A stretch of DNA of 64,000 bases from assembly GCF_030144855.1 (NCBI RefSeq), contig NC_082712.1:148614001-148678000 (forward strand), written 5' to 3'. The notes below the pieces were generated by a model, which was not told the DNA's origin, made no database searches, and worked only from the letters and a program-made list of their open reading frames with translations. Positions 14,347-25,699 of this stretch are shown piece by piece (position 1 is the first letter of the stretch; each line of letters begins with the position of its first letter). This DNA is from Hypanus sabinus (lineage: Eukaryota). The position numbers and the translations under genes are program-made.

Positions 14347-14404
14347 CTCCCCGCTTGACCTTCGTAAGGTCATAATGAACAGAGTACAAAACTTAGTCTC
14401 TTAA

Positions 14405-16015
14405 TCAGTCATTAGGTAGAAGTAGAATAACTTCTGTAACTGGCCTTTGGTAAATTTTCACATCACCTTGGTCGGTAGTCTTCAATTCGATCTTCCTGAC
14501 ATGTCCATCCCCGCTAGGGAATGTAGCAGTGATTCTGGCCATTGGCCAGCTGTTGCGGGCGATTTGCTTGTCCCTGAGCAGGACTAAGTCTCCAACTTGA
14601 AGATTCCTGCGGGGTTCTGTCCACTTTTGTCTCTGTTGCAACGAGGGTAGATATTTTTGTCTCCAGCGAGACCAGAACTGATTTGCCAGAGCCTGGACTT
14701 GTCTCCATTGCTTTGTGTACAAATCCTTGTCTGAGAAGTCTCCTGGTGGAGGAGGTGTTCCTACCTTCTGTGTAAGGAGCATTGATGGCGAAGGTATGAA
14801 GGGGTTTTCTGGGTCAGAAGACACAGGTAGGAGTGGTCGTGCGTTTATAATGGCTGTGACCTCTGCCATTAGGGTGCACAGTACCTCGTGGGCCAATCGG
14901 GTGCGTTGCTGCATCTCAGGTTTCCTTTTCCGGGTTTTCCGTAAGGACGTGAACCGTTTGACTGCCTGCTCTTTGTTATCTGGTGAGCGCTGGCGCGGTT
15001 CTCTGAAAGGCAATGGGGCAACCTCATTATTTGCTTCATCTCTGAAGACCTTGGTGTCCTTTGTTTTTAAAGAAATGGCATCTTGAGCTGATTGTGCAAG
15101 TTTATTTCCGTGCTCGGTTTGAATGAAAACTGACTGACCCTGCGTCTCGTAGGTTACTTTACGCTTGTTAACATCTGGTTGTGCTTCCTTAATGCACGGG
15201 ACACTCGGGCAGGGTTGAAAGATTGAATGGCGGCCACTCTCTAGCACATTGGTCTTGAGTGTGTTAACCATCGGTTTGTGTACGTCTTCAGGGCACACCT
15301 CTCCTATCACCACCCAGCCTAGATCCAAGCGTTGCGCAAAGGGGGCGTCGTGTGGTCCATTGACCTGCTGCCTAACCTTGTGTACCCGGATTACATCTCT
15401 TCCTAATAGCAGGAGTATTTCCGCTTTTGGATCCAGTTCTGGGATGTGTTTGGCGATGTGGTGGAGATGTGGCTGGTGTAGCGCCGCACTTGGTGTCGGG
15501 ATCTCAGTGCGGTTATTCATGATTCCATCGCACTCTAAGAGCGGAGGGAGACAGATGACGACTTTACCATCCAGGGACTCGATCTGGATGCCTTCTGCCT
15601 TCCTTCCTTGGGTTTCCATGTTGCCTGAGCAAGTTTTGAGGTAGTATGGGAACTGCTCACTCTCAATGTTGAACAATTTAAAGAACTCTGGACTGACTAG
15701 TGAGCGATTGCTCTGATCATCCAGAATTACATAGGCTTTGATGGCCTTGTCTTTGGCTCCTTTAGGGTACACCTTAGTGAGGCAGATCTTGGAACAAGAA
15801 CGACTTGACTGAGCTTGACCGCAAACTTCTGTACAGTTCGAGCTGACAACTGTTGTCCTGGGGTGAGCCTCTCCCTCCCTGCCATCCTGTTGTGGGGGTG
15901 AAGGAGCGTCGTCGGTTTGCGGTGACAGGTCGGGATGCATGGCCCCGACGTGATCTGGGCTATCACATTCCGGACACTTCACGGCGATCGTACACTCTCT
16001 GGCGAGGTGAGAGGT
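14405..16015 (-). pseudogene. BEL/Pao Cys-box, aspartic protease and integrase C-terminal remnant; RT, RNase H and integrase core deleted
   Basis: HLARECTIAVKCPECDSPDH; protease YVILDDQSNRSL; then an in-frame jump at about 14905 (KPEMQQ|RTRLAHEV) to the integrase tail AIINARPL...FWSRWRQKYL...GDLVLL...WPMARI...GDGHVR. Confidence 0.85.
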
Positions 16016-17749
16016 TCAGGAACAGCATCTAAAACATATTCTTTTCTCCTTGAGAAGAGCCGTCCTCTCTGCAAGGGGTTTTTCCCTAAACATTCTGCAT
16101 CCTTTGAGGGGGTGAGGTTTGTTATGCAACGGACAATACTTGCTAGGGTCGTTGTTAGTTGCAAGGGCTTCGGTCTTGAGCACTGACATGGATTCATCAA
16201 TGTTGAAAACATTTGAAGAGGATCTACCTGGCTTGGTGTAAATCGTACTGCTTCCTGGACCCGCGAGGCTAGGGTCGTTTCGCTTCTTCGCCTCCCTGCA
16301 CACAAACCTAGCGAGGAGCTCAAAGGGAGGAAATCGATCATCGTGCTCTTCCTTGTATTCTAAAGCAACAGACAGCCACCTGTCCTGCAGCCCAAAAGGA
16401 AGTTTGTCCACGACTTGTCTAATCCCGGATGGAGTATCTAGGTATACTAGACCAGCTGAGTAGCCATCTTCTTTGGCGCCTTGGATCTCCATGAGTAAAT
16501 CTCCGAATTCTCTTAACTTAATGTGATCTTTGGCTGACACCTTAGGAAAGTTTTCCAGACGTCGATATAGCGCCGCTTCAATAACTTCGGGGGCCCCATA
16601 GTCCTCCCGAAGTCTCTCCCATGCTTTGCTTAAGGCTAGTTTGGGTTTGTTGATGTACACTGAACGCATGCGTCTCACCTGTTCACGTGATTCTTTTCCC
16701 AGCCATTTCGCCAGAAGGTCCAACTCTTGGGTTGCACTGAGCTGGACTCCGTCGATCGCGTTGGTGAATGTCGAGTACCATGCACAGTAATTTTCAGGCT
16801 TATCGTCAAACTGGTACAGTCCCGAAGTGACGAGATCCCGTCGTGCTAAATACTGCATCGTGGGATCAGCTGTAAGCGGCATGCGGGCTGGAGAAGTACG
16901 TTGGCGCCTATATGACTGAGAACGTACGTTTCTCATGGAATTTGCCGTCCTGGATTCGACCTCTGCATCTCTTCGCATCAAACTTTGTAAGTTTGGTGTC
17001 GAGAAGTATCGGTTGTCAGCTCTTTCATTCTTGACTTCATCACGGAGTCGCGAGGGTAAATTTTCTTCCTCGTATGGATGTGATGCAATTGTGACTCTCT
17101 GAGGTTCCTTGTAGCTGGGGACGTTATCAAATATGTATGGAGAGGGGAGACGAGCCTGCCTGTCTATTTGAGATTGTACATAGTCGCTTGTGCGTTCCAG
17201 TCTGGTCCTTTCTAAAGTAGATCTTACTTTGGTCAGATCACGCGACCCTTCAGCTTCTTCTATGTACTCTGCTTCCGCCTTGGCAGCTTCTTCTTCTCTT
17301 TCTAGCTGCAGTACTTGCAACTCTGTCGATATTTTTGCCATTTCCAACTGGGTTTCGGCTTCTCGGGCGGCCGCTTCACTTTGTCTGGCGTCCCTTTCCT
17401 TCTGGATTTTCGCATGTGTTTCGGCTTCTCTGGCGGCCTCTTCACTTTGTCTGGCGGCCCTTTCCTTCTGGATTTCGGCTTCTCTGGTGGCCTGTTTCAT
17501 TTTCAAAACTGCTTCTTGTCTGGCGTAACGCAGTCGCACCTTGGCGGCTTCTGCCTTGGCTCTTGCCTGGGTGGACTTACTTGATGTCGCTCTACTGCCC
17601 TTGTCGCTGGGCGCCATCGACTTGATCCCGGATCGAGCTGACATTGCAGCACTTGGAACACCTGATAACTCCTGGGTGGGCTTACTTGATGTCGGTTTAC
17701 CGCCCTTGTCGCTGGGCGGCGTCGACTTGATACTGGATGGAGCTGACAT
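16016..17749 (-). pseudogene. BEL/Pao Gag (coiled-coil N-terminus, capsid-like core, Cys/His boxes), ends at a premature TGA
   Basis: Likely start MSAPSS at 17749. It contains the BEL gag motifs LYQFDDKPENY and LVDKLP-like VVDKLP, and the zinc knuckles CPLHNKPHPLKGC and CFRCCS. The stop at 16016-16018 is in frame with the downstream ORF. Confidence 0.85.
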
Positions 17750-17787
17750 TGCAGCACTTGAAACACCTGATAATGCCGCTTTTTCAC

Positions 17788-18459
17788 TGTAACGTTCTCC
17801 TTCACGTGTACTAATAACGCCGAATTCAACGTCGAGATAAACCACAGTCAATGAGACCAGATCGCAGTAAGAATAACCATTTACTGTTCACTCTTCACAT
17901 TAACATATGGTGAAAACTGTTGATAAAACAATACAAGATTGATACAGTATTTGTTCCTTCCTTAATATCACATTTCAATTGTAAATACTTGCAAAGGTGA
18001 CTATAACTACATTACACTAAGGTGCAGTATACAGGCAGAGTTTACCTGCTCCATTGACTACTTTAAATACACTTCAATGCAAACTATCCGCAACTCTTTA
18101 ACTAACGAAAGCATAAACATTATCGACCGTCGTTACTTTTAACAGGATTGGCATTAACATCTTAGTTCAATATATCGATTATCTATTAACTTACAGCGTT
18201 GCTCTCACTGTGATTTCTCATGCCTGCAAAACAACTTCTGCTCAGGCGTGCCTCGTGGTGAGCCCCCACCCTCGCATTAATTTCAAACCGGTGTTTCCCA
18301 CAAGATGCGGCGAAACCGGATGTGACGTCACCACATGCCGATATATTTTACATGCAATGAATATACTTTAAACACTTCTAATTCTAACTAGAAAATACTA
18401 ACAAATGAATTACTAAGCGAAAATATTATAAACTAAATAACTGTCGTAAAGACAGCACA
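17788..18459 (-). repeat. 5' LTR of BEL/Pao element
   Basis: 672 bp and about 98% identical to 13677-14346. On the minus strand it starts TGTGCTGTC and ends GTTACA. Confidence 0.95.
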
Positions 18460-19353
18460 GTGTAGATAGACAAAAGGGTTGATGTGGATGTGGTAGACTG
18501 AATATTTTGATCTTTTTCTTCTAGTTGTTTGCTAAACCTACTATTTTGGCCAAACTTTTTGTCACCTTCCCTGACATCTCTTTCCACGACTTAGTGTTAA
18601 CCTTTTTTTTGGAATGGGGCCTTGTTGGTGTGTTATGTCAGATTATTGTTATGATTATATAAGGGGAATTATTTTGAACAACAAGACAAACAACTTAAAT
18701 AAAATATCCAATTAAGCTCCAAAGAAAAGCTTTTAATAATGCAAGATATTTGGCAGAGAAGATGGTGGAAGGAATTCCAGATCTTAAATGCAAGGATGCC
18801 AATGATGGAATAATCAAAATCAGAGATGCTGGAGTTTTAAATATCTGCAGAACTATTGGGAATCTTTGGAATTTGTATTACTAGTGGGAATTATGAGATG
18901 TGAGAAGGTGCTGCCAAGGAGAGATTTGGAAGTGAAGACCAGACAGTTAAAATTGAGTGGTTGCTAAACTAGGAAACCAAAATAGGTTGGTGATCACATG
19001 TGGTAGGTGAATGTGTCTTGACCTAAGTCAGGATTTGGGACGGGAGTTTATTACGTATGAATGCTATTAGATTGTAGGGATAAGACATTAAGTATCGTAC
19101 TTGCTAGTATTGAGACCGGCAATACTAAACACATGAACATATCTGGAGAGAATCTGGAAAACCATAACACAGCAATTATAACTGGAAACCATTACAAACA
19201 AATCTTTTGGATGTGTATCCAAGACAGATGGAGCATTGGAATAATTGGAAAGTTGAGATTCATCACATTCCTGCAGCTGACTGATCTTCCGAGCGTTATG
19301 TTACCTTACACTAGCCATTGAATTCTGAGTATCAGAGCTTTCAGTAAATGAAA

Positions 19354-19656
19354 TTTATTGTGTCGATCTTTAAAGGTCTCAATTCAAAGGGTAATTATCA
19401 TTTTTGTTTCTAGGTAACATTAACACCACAGAAGTAAAGTTAATAATTGCTGAATTAACAAGCAGAGCAATAAAATGAAATTTGTAATCAGTTTCTTTAA
19501 AAATCCATTTCTGCATCAAATGTTGCATTCAAGGCAATAACACCAAAGAAACACTAAAGCTAACATTACATAATAGCTTATGATCAAACAATAAAAACTT
19601 CCTGGTCTTCCATACATCACTTAAATGTTGGATCTTATTACACAAAAGGTTTTATT
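19354..19656 (-). terminator. Candidate RAG2 polyadenylation signals
   Basis: AATAAA on the minus strand at 19651-19656 and 19354-19359, in AT-rich sequence 3' of the RAG2 stop. Confidence 0.35.
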
Positions 19657-19983
19657 GCATTTGAATGTATTTTACTGTGTTTTATAGTATTCTGAGCACC
19701 TTTGGCAATTTAGTTTAGTTGTCTCATTTGAGTAAATGTTGTCTTTTGTTAAATCAGATAATTTATATTTATGTTCAAGAAAGAACTTAGACATTGTCAT
19801 CGGTAAATGATAAGAAGCTAGTTTAGGTTGCTGGTTGCTGCATTTGCATTCCAGACAATAATGCTTGTTATCTTTGTAGGGTAGCAAACCTAAATAAACA
19901 AAAAATCAGTATGCAGAGATATCAACATTAAAAATGCTACTTTTCATAAATTTCAAAACATAGAATTAACATGTCTAACATTT

Positions 19984-21543
19984 TCAATCAAACAGTCTCT
20001 TCAGAAAGCTCTTCTTCATTGGCACCCTTTTCAGTGTTGCCGGTGACTTCTTACGGGGGGATTTTATCGGCGTTCGCTTTATCTGCTTTGGCTTGTGTGG
20101 AGTTTTAATTCCTCTGTCAATATAATGTTCATTGCAAAAGTACTTTATGTTCTCCTGAGAAAACTGAATCAGCTGCATTTCCGTGAGATTCATGCACTGA
20201 GCATGTACCCAGTGTCCATCATCACCTGCATTCGAGCAGAAGATCATTGCAGGTTTATTGAGTTCTGTAGAATAATAAGGCACCCAGATCTTGATGTTTA
20301 CATTGCAGTTGGCACTACATTTAATCCAATAACCTTCCTCATCAGCATCATCCATGTTTTCCACATTGTCAGAGGGATCTGCTTCCACATCAAAGCGAAA
20401 TTCTTCCGAATCTTCAAATGTGCTGTATTCCTCGGGATCAGTAAAGGATTCCTGGCTGGCAGACATCTGGCTTTCTTCTTTAGGCTGTCCAAAATTTGCA
20501 ACGTAGAAGTAGTGTGCGTTTGGTGCATCTTGTTTTGTTTCTCCAGGAATTCCTATTAACACCGCTCTACTTCCCATATCACTGCCAAACCAGGTTTTGC
20601 TTGCTTTGATGTCATTAGTCCACACTGGGGGTTCTTTTTCCAAAATCTGAATGTTATTATTCTCCAAAGTGATGGTGTTACAAATCATCCGCTTCTGGCT
20701 CTCAGATTCATAACCACCAACAATGATGAATTCATCTGTGTCAGCTTGGGTCACGATTGCACTTGATACAGAGATACCCCCATGTAGTATTGTACATTTC
20801 ACACTTGGATGGATGTCTGAAAGATCTACTTTTAGACTAAGCAATCTTGCAGGACGATCGTTGTTTTTAATAGAATGACCACCTAATATGTAGATGGTGT
20901 CAAGTTTTGAAATGGCAACATGGAATGAAAAGCCTTCTTCTATCTCTGGAATCACGTGGGATGTACAACGGCCTGTATTCATATCAATCAGAAAAACCTC
21001 AGGTGAACAATCCACCAGGCAATTCCAGTTTTCTGTAGTTCTTTGTCCAGGATCCTGGTAGGATCTACCACCAAACAAGGCACATATAGTTTCTCCCTTG
21101 TCCTGAATCACATTGATGGTGTGGCCATATCTTCCACTGGGAACTTCTCCTGTTAGTTTCTTTTCAGTGCATTGAAGAGATGTCCGCTTTTTGGCAGTAT
21201 TGTCATAAACCATCATGACATAAAGTGTGTTAGGCAGCTCATTATTTGGAGTTCTCCCACCATGAATGAGATAAAAAAGGCTTCCTGCCTCTGAAGGATC
21301 TGAGAAATGAGTTACTGCAGGCCGACGCAGTGGTGGGAGATAGCAAGATTCAGATGAAAATGAAACAGGTTTAAGTTTCATCTGGCAACTCTTGAGATGA
21401 AGAAGGAAAACACCTGTGTTACAGGATCTTTTAGGCCATCCTTTCTGTCCAAAAAGAAAGACTTCACTATGAAAATTCATTAAGGAGAATCCTGGGTGTA
21501 TAAGGTTGGTATTGCTGTTCTCTGAAACCAGTTGCAGGGACAT
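19984..21543 (-). CDS. RAG2: V(D)J recombination-activating protein 2, intact single coding exon, 519 aa
   Basis: The ORF from MSLQLVSEN contains RAG2 hallmarks: GQKGWPKRSC, HGGRTPNNEL, LFGGRSY, an acidic hinge (FEDSEEF), the PHD finger (GYWIKC..STELNKPAMIFC..GHWVHAQC..YFCNEH) and the C-terminal KKSFLKRLFD. The ORF-track start at 21597 lies in the intron; a polypyrimidine tract plus AG gives an acceptor with the exon starting at about 21568. Confidence 0.98.
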   Translation of the reverse strand: MSLQLVSENSNTNLIHPGFSLMNFHSEVFLFGQKGWPKRSCNTGVFLLHLKSCQMKLKPVSFSSESCYLPPLRRPAVTHFSDPSEAGSLFYLIHGGRTPNNELPNTLYVMMVYDNTAKKRTSLQCTEKKLTGEVPSGRYGHTINVIQDKGETICALFGGRSYQDPGQRTTENWNCLVDCSPEVFLIDMNTGRCTSHVIPEIEEGFSFHVAISKLDTIYILGGHSIKNNDRPARLLSLKVDLSDIHPSVKCTILHGGISVSSAIVTQADTDEFIIVGGYESESQKRMICNTITLENNNIQILEKEPPVWTNDIKASKTWFGSDMGSRAVLIGIPGETKQDAPNAHYFYVANFGQPKEESQMSASQESFTDPEEYSTFEDSEEFRFDVEADPSDNVENMDDADEEGYWIKCSANCNVNIKIWVPYYSTELNKPAMIFCSNAGDDGHWVHAQCMNLTEMQLIQFSQENIKYFCNEHYIDRGIKTPHKPKQIKRTPIKSPRKKSPATLKRVPMKKSFLKRLFD

Positions 21544-21999
21544 TGTTGCAGTAGAAAGCTGGCTGGATCTTTGAAAGGAAACTGAATAGAAGATCATGTT
21601 AGAAATGAAAAGAAAATGAAGACCGTGATAATGCAGAAATGACCGTGTACAGATGTTGCTATTAAGCTATCACTTTAACAGTAACCCGATAATTAGTGCA
21701 ACTTACTTTAAACAATTATTTTGGGTTCATGATTTATTCATGAAAACATTTGCAAAATGACCTTTTAACAAATAGCTATTGCATTCCACATTGTTAAATT
21801 CACTTTCAATAAATCTTTGTTCTGCCAACTCCATACCTTTTGAATTCTAGCTAATGATTTTTCTCTCTGTTTTAAAGTGTCATTCTTTTATTGGAACATC
21901 AGTGGGAAGAGATACAAATGATTTTTCAATCTTTGGAGCCCAGTATGGTTTGAAAGCGCATCATTTGGAGATAATGGCCTAGAATTCATGGAAGCAATG

Positions 22000-23242
22000 A
22001 AGGCTGGAATAGATAGAAAGGTCTGGAAGGTGGCGATCATTGCTAGGCATTCCCAGTCATTATAGGAAGCAACTCCTGAGAGAGGAGTAAAAAGAACTGT
22101 AGACAAAATGTGGGGTTGAGATTGCAAAGGGAGCTGGAAAGGGCACGTAATAAGGGTAATGTCGCAATTGTGATGGGAAACTTCAATATGCAAGGGGACT
22201 GGGAAAATCAGGTTGGTGTCAGATCGCAAGAGAGGGAATTTGTTGAATGTCTACATATTGCTTTTTAGAACAGCTTGTACTTGAGCCTACTAAGGGAAAG
22301 GCTATCTTAGACTGAGTGCTGTGTAATAACCCTGACTTTGTTGGTCAGCTTAATGTAAAAGAACCCTTTGGAGGCAGTGGCCATAATATGATTGAATTCA
22401 TACTGCAATTTGAGAGGGAGAGGCATAAGTAGCATGAATTAGTATTGCAATGGAATAAAGGGAACTACAGAGGCATTGGAAAGGAGCTTGTCCAGGTGGA
22501 TTGGAGGAGATACTTGCAGGAGAAATGGTAGAACAAAGATGGCAGAAGCTTCTGGGAATAGTTCACAAGGCTCAGGATAGATATGCCCCACAGAAGAAGA
22601 AGTTCTCATATGGCAGGTGTAGGTAACTGTGGCTGACAAGGGAAGTTGAGGACTGCATAAAAGCCAAGGAAAGGGCATATAAGGTTGCAAAAGGGAGTGG
22701 GAAGTTGGATGATTGGGAAACTTTAAAAATCCAACAAAAGGCAGCTAAAAAAGCTATAAGAAGGGAAAAGAATGAGAAAATCTGCAGATGCTGGAAATCC
22801 AAGCAACACACACAAAATGCTGGAGGAACTCAGGAGGCCAGGCAGCACCTATGGGAAAAAGTAGTCAATGTTTTAGGCCGAGACCCTTCAGCAGAACTTT
22901 GAGTCCTTTTACACATTGTTTGTCAATTATTTAGATAATGGAGTTGATAGCTTTGTGGCAAGGTTTGCTGATTGTATGAAGATGGGTGGAAGGGTTACCA
23001 CTCATCTTCCACTAGGTAGAATCTGTGGAATGCTCTGCCACAGTCTGCAGTGGAGGTCAAGTCCTTGGGTATATTCAAAGCAGCTGATAGATTCCTGATT
23101 GGTTGGGACATCAAGGGATATGGTGAGAAGGCAGGTGGGTGGTGTTAAATGGGATCTGGGATCAGCCATGATGAAATGATGGAGTGGGATTGATGGGCTG
23201 AATGGCCTAATTCTGCTCCTATGTCTTATGGTCTCATGGTCT
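22000..23242 (+). mobile_element. CR1 LINE fragment (endonuclease relic + 3' end) with a Penelope-like insertion
   Basis: Homologous to 9300-10990 and ends in CTTATGGTCTCATGGT. Confidence 0.7.
22770..22898. mobile_element. Penelope-like short repeat (CTGCAGATGCTGG...ACACACAAAATGCTGG family)
   Basis: Same sequence family as 33633-33851, 34608-34975 and 48619-48740. Confidence 0.6.
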
Positions 23243-23489
23243 AACAGGAGTTAGCTTGATCAGAAGGAAAAAATGACATTTGATTACGGTATGGTAAATT
23301 GGAATGAAATTTTCCAGAAAATTGGGTAAATTAATCAGAAAGAAAAGTTAAATGATGGTGGCCTTAGTCCAGAGCTATTTTGTGGTTTGACCAGGACCCA
23401 GGAGGAGCTGGATATTTATTGTCTGCTTGGGACTAAAAGCTAGCAGGGTACTAATAAGCTTCTAAACCCATTCTTTATTTTATTATATT

Positions 23490-23720
23490 TAGAGGTACAG
23501 CACAGTAACAGGCCCTACTGTACCAATGAGCACCCGCCACCCAATTACATCTATGTCATCAACGAACCTACTAACTTGTGTATCCTTGGACTGTGGGAGG
23601 AAGCTGGAGCACCCAGAGGAAACCAACATAATCATGGGGAGAATGTACAACTTCCTTATGGACAGTGGTAGCGTTGTACCCAGGTGACTGGTGTAGTAAT
23701 AGTATTATGCCAACAGCTAC
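23490..23720 (-). mobile_element. V-SINE-like element
   Basis: The reverse complement contains GGTTTCCTCTGGGTGCTCCAGCTTCCTCCCACAGTCCAAGGAT, a V-domain-type core. Confidence 0.55.
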
Positions 23721-24984
23721 ACTATAATGTTGCACCAGCTTATGTGAAATGCAACCCCAGTCTATTGGTATTAAACTTTGAAAAGTCCATAAATTGAGAT
23801 TGGCTTTGCTTTAACATCTGCAGCCCTTATCTCTTTAAAGTTGTTTCTAAAGGTCTCATTTGGCAACTCTATTTAATATTGCTTCAATCAGGATAAGCAT
23901 GCCATAGTTGATGCTTTCGCAGTTAACATTATTCTAGGGCTACACCCATTTTATTCAAACCTTACCAAGACACAGATGTTATCAGCTCTTTTGGCCATTG
24001 ACAAAGTTAGTTATGAATTCTTCTTGTTATGGAGCCTAACACGAACATTTAAACATCCACCAGCTAATAGCTGAAACCAGAACCTAGTTTCAAAACCTGA
24101 GTGTAACATTATTCATCTAACCAATATCTGACATAAGGAAAAGCTGTGAGCCTAGTACTCTATCAACCTTTGAGCTGCTTGTATCATGGGGGCAACTGTA
24201 CTTTCTCCTTCAGTGACTTTCCTTCCTAGCCTAAATGAGGTCTATGGTACCCACCCAGCTGGTCCTAGTTTCCTGCATTTGGCTGACGTTCCTCAAGAAA
24301 TGCCCTTGCACATACCTATCCAAATGCTTTTTAAATGATAATACTATACTATTCCTTTCTTTCTGATGTTAAATATCTAAAGGTTCCATCCTAGCCTCTA
24401 CCTTAGTTTCCTTTGGGGAACTATTTATGATTCTCTGCCCTTCCTCAGTATGCTACCCTTAATGACAATTTGGCTGCTGATGTAAGTTTACCTCTCCAAC
24501 ACTTTGCTCAACCCATGCTCTGTGTTATCGGCCTGCTTTTTGGCATCCAATTCTGGATTACTGTGCGTGGGAAAACCAAAATGATTATCTTCGATTCCTA
24601 CAACAAATTCCATTCCTGACCAACCGAATTCATCTTCCTCTCTGGTTAGTGTAAAGCTGACTTCAATTTTCCTAGTTTCGTTTTCTTATTTCACCTTGAA
24701 CTGAGCATCTGAATTCCTGCTCCCCTATTTTCAAGGACACCTACACACTTCTCTTGTCAATGATCTCTTTCCCAGGTCTTGGGCTCTAAAATCCCATCTC
24801 TATTTTCTCTGCCTCTCTGGCTTTCTCTCCTTCTTCGTATTTAAGAAAGGAAAAACACATCTATTCATCACTATTCATGAACTCAGAATGTTCTACCCAA
24901 TTTATTACCAATTGGTTCTATCCAATGTTTATTACCAATTTAGTCCAGCTATACTTGTCTTTTTCCTTAAAAAGTGAAAAATAG

Positions 24985-25315
24985 AATCATAGAGTCATTG
25001 AGCAATAAAGCACAAATACAAGCCCTTTGCCCAACCAGTCCATGGTACCCACCTAGCTAGTCCTAGTTTCCTGCATTTGGCTGACATTCCTCAAGAACTG
25101 CCCCTGCATGTACCTATCCAAATACTTTTAAAATGATAATACTATACCTACATCTACTACCTCCTCTGGCACTCACTCCATATATTCACCACCCTCTGTT
25201 TGAAAAAATGCCCTCAAGTCCCTTTTAGATCTCACTCTAAGCCAATACTCCTTATCTGCGGAAAAGACTGCTACCAGCCACATTATCAATGCCCCTCATG
25301 ATCTTATAACATGGA
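24985..25315 (-). mobile_element. CR1 LINE 3' fragment
   Basis: CR1 3' end in reverse orientation (ATAGAATCATAGAG tail). Confidence 0.6.
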
Positions 25316-25699
25316 AGCACTTTGTTTTGTTCGTTAAGTGCCGTGTTATATGATGCGGGCGATCATGGTCTTTCCATGACCCTGATTGTTCTTGGTAAAT
25401 TTTTCCACAGAAGTGGTTTTCCATTGCCTCCTTGGGGGCAGTGTCTTTACAGGACGGATGACCCCAGCCATTATCAATACACTTCAGAGATTGTCTGCCT
25501 GGCTTCAGTGGTCGCATAACCAAGACTTGTGATATGCACCAGCTGCTCATACGACCATCCCCCACCTGTTCCCATGGCTTCACGTGACCCTGATTAGGGG
25601 CTAAGCTGGTCCCAAGAGTGAGCTGCAGACTAATGGAGTGAAGGAACACCTTACACCTCCTTTGGTAGAGATGCACTTCCACCCAACTGCCCAGTGTAG

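Larger units (their letters stand above)
13677..18459 (-). mobile_element. BEL/Pao LTR retrotransposon, internally deleted (non-autonomous)
   Basis: Two ~670-bp direct LTRs with TG...CA ends, 5-bp TSD GTGTA (13672-13676 and 18460-18464), and gag, protease and integrase C-terminal coding in between. Confidence 0.95.

Noticed and set aside
17750-17851. ORF-track start of gag (MTVVYLD...)
   Set aside because: It uses a non-ATG codon inside the 5' LTR; the first ATG after the LTR is at 17749.
18456-18478. RSS-like CACAGTG followed by ACAAAAGGG near RAG2
   Set aside because: The spacer is 7 nt rather than 12 or 23, and the heptamer is created by the LTR end plus its TSD.
20095-20559. 154-aa ORF antisense to RAG2, and antisense ORFs over the BEL element
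   Set aside because: These are shadow ORFs on the opposite strand of real coding sequence with no recognisable domain.
21544-21597. N-terminal 18-aa extension of the RAG2 ORF
   Set aside because: It lies across the polypyrimidine tract and splice acceptor; the conserved start is MSLQ at 21543.
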